Shown: in pieces, positions 15,016 to 20,000 of the stretch
How positions within the stretch are numbered: position 1 is the first letter of the stretch
Layout of the letters: every line of letters starts with the position of its first letter
From: an uncultured virus (IMG/VR IMGVR_UViG_3300008113_000043)
Taxonomy: Duplodnaviria > Heunggongvirae > Uroviricota > Caudoviricetes
Length of the DNA: 20,000 nt
Reading direction: 5' to 3' (one strand)
IMG/VR virus record: IMGVR_UViG_3300008113_000043
Made by a program: the position numbers and the translations under genes
Notes under the pieces: model-generated
What the model was told of the DNA's origin: nothing
Databases searched by the model: none
What the model saw: only the letters and a program-made list of their open reading frames with translations

Positions 15016-15044
15016 TTGACAAATGGGGGGTTGTATGGTAAAAT
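15016..15044 (+). promoter_or_regulatory. Near-consensus sigma70 promoter on the plus strand
   Basis: TTGACA, 17 nt, TAAAAT with TGn extension. Confidence 0.85.
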
Positions 15045-15075
15045 GCCGCGTCCTTATATTTTTGGAGCGGGGGTC

Positions 15076-15104
15076 TTGACATTTTTTCGCGGTTGTGCTA
15101 TAAT
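15076..15104 (+). promoter_or_regulatory. Perfect-consensus sigma70 promoter on the plus strand
   Basis: TTGACA, 17 nt, TATAAT with TGn extension. Confidence 0.9.
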
Positions 15105-15121
15105 ACGCAGTCTAAGATCAC

Positions 15122-15207
15122 AAGGATCCAGAGGTATAAAAGGTATAATAACCAAAGGATCCAGAGGAATTACAAGAGATTATAAGGGATATAAGAGAGA
15201 TTATAAG
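15122..15207 (+). repeat. Short direct repeats in a purine-rich tract
   Basis: AAGGATCCAGAGG at 15122 and 15155; AGAGATTATAAG at 15175 and 15196. Confidence 0.8.
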
Positions 15208-15316
15208 AATATAACATTATCATATAACACTACCATAATACAATACTATAAGAGAAACAAAACACACATATATGTTTTTTAATACATTTTTTAATATAAT
15301 TTAATATAAAAATCAT

Positions 15317-15820
15317 TTATTTCTCTAATTCAATCGTATAATATGTTGTTGATCCACCTAGATCATGACTAACTGTTTCATTATAAGATTTAATCCTAAC
15401 CTCACCTTTTTTAACCTTCTCTAATACATCAATAACTGATTTTGTTTGACTATCAGTAATCTCACGATGTTCTTTTAATTGTCTTTCAACCTCTTCTCTG
15501 ATTAAATCTTTAATATCTTTACCATCAATTTGAAGAGATGGTTTAACTGATGAACTAGTTGTATGACCTATGTAAATATGATCATCATCACCACCTTCAC
15601 CATAACAATAACCAGAAGGAAAAGGTGTTCCTAATGAAATAGTATCATTAGACATTCCTCCGTAGATATATGATGCAGTTGATGCAGTACCAATGATTGG
15701 ATCATCAATTATATTAGTTACATTCTCATTAAATGTAAGATACTCTGGTGTATGATCTTCTTCTTTTACTTCTGGTTTTTCACCATACAGTTCTTCATAC
15801 TTTTCTAATAACGGGTTCAT
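15317..15820 (-). CDS. Hypothetical protein (167 aa)
   Basis: ORF track; last gene of the right-hand minus-strand run. Confidence 0.8.
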   Translation of the reverse strand: MNPLLEKYEELYGEKPEVKEEDHTPEYLTFNENVTNIIDDPIIGTASTASYIYGGMSNDTISLGTPFPSGYCYGEGGDDDHIYIGHTTSSSVKPSLQIDGKDIKDLIREEVERQLKEHREITDSQTKSVIDVLEKVKKGEVRIKSYNETVSHDLGGSTTYYTIELEK

Positions 15821-15826
15821 AACTTT

Positions 15827-15994
15827 TTAATCAGGAGTTAGATGTTTATACTGAAGTTTATCCATATAATCATAAAGAATTTGATCATTATAAAACTCAT
15901 AAAACCTTTGTGGATTATATGCTTTTAATTTAAGAAGTAGATTAACCCATTGATAATCACAATCTACTTCATATCCATAATGTCGTTCATTCAT
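15827..15994 (-). CDS. Hypothetical protein
   Basis: Likely start ATG 15994 (MNERHYGY), overlapping the upstream stop. Confidence 0.7.
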   Translation of the reverse strand: MNERHYGYEVDCDYQWVNLLLKLKAYNPQRFYEFYNDQILYDYMDKLQYKHLTPD

Positions 15995-16196
15995 TCGTTT
16001 TATTGAAACCAATGTTTGCTTTTTTACTTTCAGATCTCTTCTTCATAACAAGACCTGCAAGACTTTCCATAATCTTTAGAATATCTTCTGCCTTTGCATT
16101 ACCACCTAATTGATCATTCACATAATGATACTTGGCAAAGAATTCATCTGCTACACCATCCTTATAATCTTCAAGTGTAATTGTTTTATCAGGCAT
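15987..16196 (-). CDS. Hypothetical protein
   Basis: MPDKTITLEDYK..., with a promoter immediately upstream. Confidence 0.8.
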   Translation of the reverse strand: MPDKTITLEDYKDGVADEFFAKYHYVNDQLGGNAKAEDILKIMESLAGLVMKKRSESKKANIGFNKTNE

Positions 16197-16222
16197 AATC
16201 AAACATTTAACGATTTGCTTCT

Positions 16223-16251
16223 ATCCTAGCAGATTTAACTGTTCTTTGCAA
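16223..16251 (-). promoter_or_regulatory. Sigma70-like promoter
   Basis: TTGCAA, 17 nt, TAGGAT with TGn extension. Confidence 0.65.
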
Positions 16252-16252
16252 C

Positions 16253-17065
16253 TTAATCAATAAGTGTACCGTACATCATTACATTCTGTGTATTTAAATT
16301 TGTCATGTTACAATCACGCAAATCAGTTACAATCATTCGTGCATTCATTAAATTGGCACCTTCTAAATTTGCACCTCTTAAGTTGGCACCAGTGAAATCA
16401 GTATACTCAAGATCTGAACACATTAGATTTGCATGTCTTAATTTTGCATCTTCACATGTACCATTTAATAAATTCACACCAGTTAAATTAGAATGACTTA
16501 AATCAGCACCAGTTAAATTAACATTAAACAAATATGCATTACATAACTTTGCACCTTCTAAATTAGCACCAATTAAGATCGCATCATCTAAATGGGCATA
16601 CTGTAAATCAACATTCGGTAATTGTGCATTCTCTAAATTTGCACCATCTAAATTGGCACCCTTTAAAATTGCATCAATAAAATAACAATTCTTAAATACA
16701 GTATACTGTAACCTGGCACCATATAAATTGACATCAGATAAATTGGAATTTGATACATCAGCAAATGTAAGATCAATTCCAACCATATTTGCACCACGTA
16801 GATCTACACCACGCATGACTGCCTCACGACTATCACATGCACTGATGTTAATATCTTTTAAATTTGCACCATCAAAGATTGTATAACGAAGACGAGCACC
16901 ATATAAATTTGCATGGCACAAATTTGCAGATGATAGATCTGTATTCCTCAGATCAGCACCTACAAGATTTGCACCTTTTAAATTAATTCCTTTTAAATCT
17001 AAACCAGATAGATCAGCATTCACTAAATTAGCATCTGGTTTTAATTCATATCCGTTAATGTTCAT
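16253..17065 (-). CDS. Pentapeptide repeat protein
   Basis: 270 aa made almost entirely of A(N/D)LxX repeats (ANLVN ADLSG ... ANLRG ANLEG ANLMN). Confidence 0.95.
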   Translation of the reverse strand: MNINGYELKPDANLVNADLSGLDLKGINLKGANLVGADLRNTDLSSANLCHANLYGARLRYTIFDGANLKDINISACDSREAVMRGVDLRGANMVGIDLTFADVSNSNLSDVNLYGARLQYTVFKNCYFIDAILKGANLDGANLENAQLPNVDLQYAHLDDAILIGANLEGAKLCNAYLFNVNLTGADLSHSNLTGVNLLNGTCEDAKLRHANLMCSDLEYTDFTGANLRGANLEGANLMNARMIVTDLRDCNMTNLNTQNVMMYGTLID

Positions 17066-17247
17066 TAATTTAAATATCTCTTCTTTTCTGTGTCAAATTT
17101 GTTCCATTTGGCACCTTTCATATTTAAACACATTAAGATCGTTTCGTGCTCTCTGTACTCTCGTGGCGTTCCGCGATACATGTAACGACGTTGATAAGCA
17201 CAACACCATACATTACGATAGATCTTCGCTTTCTCCGTTAGTTCCAT
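17065..17247 (-). CDS. Hypothetical protein
   Basis: ORF track; TAATG coupling to the pentapeptide gene. Confidence 0.75.
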   Translation of the reverse strand: MELTEKAKIYRNVWCCAYQRRYMYRGTPREYREHETILMCLNMKGAKWNKFDTEKKRYLN

Positions 17248-17395
17248 TCTCTTTTTCCATAAGTTCTTTTAAGTAATCATTAATTGCATTCTGAAAATCA
17301 CTTTCAGTCCAAGTATTAAACATACTCTCTGCTGGATCATTCTCATCCCAATAGATTGTGAATGATCCGTCGTCCTCTTGTTTTACATCAATCAT
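17213..17395 (-). CDS. Hypothetical protein
   Basis: ORF track; ATGA coupling with the upstream ORF. Confidence 0.75.
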   Translation of the reverse strand: MIDVKQEDDGSFTIYWDENDPAESMFNTWTESDFQNAINDYLKELMEKENGTNGESEDLS

Positions 17396-17553
17396 CGTAC
17401 TTGCTCCTGTTGTTGTGTATAAACATATGGAAATAGATCAGTAAGAATTACATCACATTCATTGTATTCTTCTGAATTGAGAATTGTTTTTTCAATCTGA
17501 TAACGCCTGACAGCATTGTAAATTAGTTTGTATTGTTCAGTTGTGAAGTTCAT
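17392..17553 (-). CDS. Hypothetical protein (53 aa)
   Basis: MNFTTEQYKLIYNAVRRYQIEKTILNSEEYNECDVILTDLFPYVYTQQQEQVR; fills the gap between its neighbours. Confidence 0.75.
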   Translation of the reverse strand: MNFTTEQYKLIYNAVRRYQIEKTILNSEEYNECDVILTDLFPYVYTQQQEQVR

Positions 17554-17899
17554 AGTCATCATCCCAGGGTGCTTTACGTTTCAAAACTCTGGTAATTTTT
17601 TCAATTACCTCTGGATCTGGTGGAGCAATAATACGTTCCATCAGATCATCATATGCTTCTTCCGATACTATAATACGTTCTGGTGGATATGATCCTTCTC
17701 CCCAGAACTTTTCAAAGTTATACACATATTCCATGTGTTGCCATCCATGATTTAATGAGTGCCAGAACTCTCTCCAGATACCATAATCATCAAATCGAAA
17801 TCCTTCATGACACATCAAACGATACCACCACCAGAATGGAGTATACTTAATCGGTTTAAATCCGATGATCCACTTGTTTAAGAACACTGGAAAGTCCAT
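17537..17899 (-). CDS. Trp-rich hypothetical protein
   Basis: Likely start ATG 17899 (MDFPVF) via a TAATG overlap. Confidence 0.75.
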   Translation of the reverse strand: MDFPVFLNKWIIGFKPIKYTPFWWWYRLMCHEGFRFDDYGIWREFWHSLNHGWQHMEYVYNFEKFWGEGSYPPERIIVSEEAYDDLMERIIAPPDPEVIEKITRVLKRKAPWDDDYELHN

Positions 17900-18126
17900 T
17901 ATGTCCACCTCCCTAATCTTAATTTACGTTCTGGTGAAATCCATGGATTATAAGGATCATCATAAGGGTAGATGTATTCGCAACACCAACCCCATGATAA
18001 TGCCTCCCAGAAGTCATCAGAACACTCTACAGGATAGTTATAACAAGATATGATATAATTGATGTTTTGAAAACCTTCAATAAACCATTCCCATTTGGTC
18101 ATTTGCCAGTATTCTTTCCAGGTCAT
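17899..18126 (-). CDS. Trp-rich hypothetical protein
   Basis: ORF track; coupled to neighbours at both ends. Confidence 0.75.
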   Translation of the reverse strand: MTWKEYWQMTKWEWFIEGFQNINYIISCYNYPVECSDDFWEALSWGWCCEYIYPYDDPYNPWISPERKLRLGRWT

Positions 18127-18317
18127 GATGTTTCATCACTCCAGTAGTATTTCAGTCTATCACCATCTGCATGAATATTCAAGTGGTAGATCTTATCGTC
18201 TTGTGTGTAAACTCCAACCCACAGACTACGTTCATTCATACTTTCTAAGTGAAACAACTTCACCTCTTCCAATACAATTTCATCTGGATTTTCAGTCCAA
18301 TTTACTAATTTAGTCAT
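18123..18317 (-). CDS. Hypothetical protein
   Basis: Likely start ATG 18317 (MTKLVNW) via an ATGA overlap. Confidence 0.75.
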   Translation of the reverse strand: MTKLVNWTENPDEIVLEEVKLFHLESMNERSLWVGVYTQDDKIYHLNIHADGDRLKYYWSDETS

Positions 18318-18607
18318 TTTGTCCCCCAATTTGGATCATTAATAAACTCATCAGATGGATTGTGAATATACATGGACTTCTTCATCTTTCCAATCTTTGT
18401 CCTCTCTGTGTATCCTTGCGGAATAGGTCCATCCCACCCATTCTTCCTTGCTTGTCCTACGGATGGAAACAATTCCATTTCCACTGCTAGATGTGCTAAT
18501 GTCCAATGTTCTTGAATTTCTATATGATCATTAGGATCAAATCCCCACCAGTCGGTTTCTGGTAGATCAAAAACTCCTTTTTTTACAAAGTTGAATTCAA
18601 ATTTCAT
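18314..18607 (-). CDS. Hypothetical protein, possible S4-like RNA-binding motif
   Basis: TLAHLAVEMELFPSVGQARKNG resembles the S4 pattern (L..ll...gl..S..eAR). The domain call is tentative. Confidence 0.7.
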   Translation of the reverse strand: MKFEFNFVKKGVFDLPETDWWGFDPNDHIEIQEHWTLAHLAVEMELFPSVGQARKNGWDGPIPQGYTERTKIGKMKKSMYIHNPSDEFINDPNWGTK

Positions 18608-18825
18608 TTTTCTTCAAAAAATCTACCATCAGGACCACAAGAGTAATCAAGAAACTCCCATCTTGTTGACCTTAACATATCACAAAATCGTTGCTTATGA
18701 CCAGTTACAAGGTCATCAGTAGTATTTGGAGAGGCACACATATCATACCTACTAGTTCTAAAAAAGATGTGTTCAAACCAGGACTTACGATACCACTTAC
18801 AATCCTTACAGAGTTTTTTGGTCAT
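18604..18825 (-). CDS. Small Cys-rich hypothetical protein
   Basis: CKDC plus three further Cys; ATGA overlaps. Confidence 0.8.
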   Translation of the reverse strand: MTKKLCKDCKWYRKSWFEHIFFRTSRYDMCASPNTTDDLVTGHKQRFCDMLRSTRWEFLDYSCGPDGRFFEEK

Positions 18826-19088
18826 TGGTATGGGTTCTTAAGATTATCAAGAATAGCAGAAAAGAATGCGATACGGTCTTTGTCGTATTCTACATCAACC
18901 GAATGAGAATTGCAAAAATCTATAATATTTTTCTCTGTTGGAGTTGGAGAATAACAATTACGGAACCTAGAATAAGTAATGTGCTCAACAAACTCCTTAC
19001 GCATAATCTCAAAGAGTTGGAAGAGTTCTTGTTGTGAGAGTTCTACATTACGTTCAGTTGATTGGTGTCCTTTGAATTGGATTTTCAT
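18822..19088 (-). CDS. Hypothetical protein
   Basis: ORF track; ATGA overlaps. Confidence 0.75.
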   Translation of the reverse strand: MKIQFKGHQSTERNVELSQQELFQLFEIMRKEFVEHITYSRFRNCYSPTPTEKNIIDFCNSHSVDVEYDKDRIAFFSAILDNLKNPYQ

Positions 19089-19246
19089 TTGTCAGCAAGT
19101 CCTACTGGTGGTTTGATGTCGTTAAGTTCATCATACAGCATTTTTGCGAACCCGTAATGGGGTCGTGTACCAGTTTCAATACTGGTTGAGGTAGCAACAG
19201 TCCACATAATATCCAGTTCTTTTTTATCAGGTAGTGGTTTGGTCAT
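19085..19246 (-). CDS. Hypothetical protein (53 aa)
   Basis: MTKPLPDKKELDIMWTVATSTSIETGTRPHYGFAKMLYDELNDIKPPVGLADK, with ATGA overlaps at both ends. Confidence 0.8.
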   Translation of the reverse strand: MTKPLPDKKELDIMWTVATSTSIETGTRPHYGFAKMLYDELNDIKPPVGLADK

Positions 19247-19533
19247 GATAAGTTAAAGTGTAAATGAGTTTTCCATGTACCAATAGTTTTCTTTTGAAGC
19301 ATATCAGCAATCACATGAGGAATAAATCTCGTATACTTGTCCAGAAACTCTCGCTCTGTAAGTTCATCACATCCGCGTAGATAATAATCATTATTAACAA
19401 AGTTTGCAAACTTCACAAATTCATAATCCCGCTCTTGATCAAGATTATAACGACAGATCTGCAACCAAATAGAACGACCTTCGCCAGTGGCACAATAATC
19501 AATCACAAAAAAACGATAAAATGGTTTATCCAT
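19243..19533 (-). CDS. Hypothetical protein
   Basis: ORF track; GGAGGAG Shine-Dalgarno upstream. Confidence 0.8.
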   Translation of the reverse strand: MDKPFYRFFVIDYCATGEGRSIWLQICRYNLDQERDYEFVKFANFVNNDYYLRGCDELTEREFLDKYTRFIPHVIADMLQKKTIGTWKTHLHFNLS

Positions 19534-20000
19534 TGTTCTCCTCCTTAAGTTTCCTCACTCGTTCTAAAAAATCATTGCCCTGTTCATACAATCGTGCAAT
19601 CAAATCCTTGATGTCATCAATCGCGATTACATTATACTCTACATTCAAGTTTTCGCACATAAGAGCATCAACAGCACAGTCCAGTGCCATTGCCTGCATA
19701 TGTTCTGGTGTGATTGGTGTCCCGTGCGGAAGACCAGAACATTCTTCATTATAGAAATGATTATATCGTCGCAGGACAGTATCAGCACGTTCTCTACGTT
19801 CCCACTCATCTTTTTCAATCTCAGCAAGTTTCAGCATAGCATCACCGTGCTTCTCATAAAGTTCATCAAGGGCAGCAAGTGCCTTATTTTCTGCCTCTCT
19901 TTTTTCAGCAATTTCCAACATTTCTTCGTGCGTAAGATTTTCAAGAACAAGGTCTTTTGCAGCATCTTCCATTTTGTGCATATCCTGTTTGTAGATAAGT
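19526..20000 (-). CDS. Hypothetical protein, possibly extending beyond the window
   Basis: The frame stays open upstream of ATG 19981 to the window end (LIYKQD-MHKMED). Confidence 0.75.
   Translation of the reverse strand, partial: LIYKQDMHKMEDAAKDLVLENLTHEEMLEIAEKREAENKALAALDELYEKHGDAMLKLAEIEKDEWERRERADTVLRRYNHFYNEECSGLPHGTPITPEHMQAMALDCAVDALMCENLNVEYNVIAIDDIKDLIARLYEQGNDFLERVRKLKEENNG

Noticed and set aside
14521..15282. Plus-strand ORFs 14521..14862 and 14962..15282
   Set aside because: They run across the repeat array, promoters and a minus-strand gene, and their translations just echo the repeats (SSRD, KGSRGI).
751..19827. Remaining plus-strand and alternate-frame ORFs in the track (e.g. 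751..942, 6625..6912, 9707..10150, 12610..12918, 19521..19754)
   Set aside because: They are shadows of well-supported, tightly coupled minus-strand genes and have no independent signals.

Overview
This is a segment of a T4-like myovirus genome, most likely a cyanophage, judged from the gp6/gp25 baseplate genes and their context. Essentially all genes are on the minus strand. (1) 1-3411 is an AT-rich baseplate module: a partial gp7-like gene, gp6 and gp25. (2) 3450-7990 holds hypotheticals plus an SGNH-hydrolase-like gene, an amidinotransferase (pentein-fold) gene, a small basic protein and a GT-A glycosyltransferase-like gene. (3) About 8100-14750 is a GC-richer early-gene region with about 20 small ORFs, many under 60 aa and missing from the ORF track, plus a tRNA-Leu(TAA). 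These genes are driven by repeated sigma70-like promoter, stem-loop and leader cassettes. (4) 14751-15316 is non-coding: seven copies of a 13-bp palindrome (ATCTCGTCGAGAT) between divergent promoters, then two consensus plus-strand promoters firing into a purine-rich and then AT-rich tract. This is a candidate replication origin or ncRNA locus. (5) 15317-20000 is a run of tightly packed hypotheticals including a pentapeptide-repeat protein. All calls come from reading the sequence by eye; no database searches were run.
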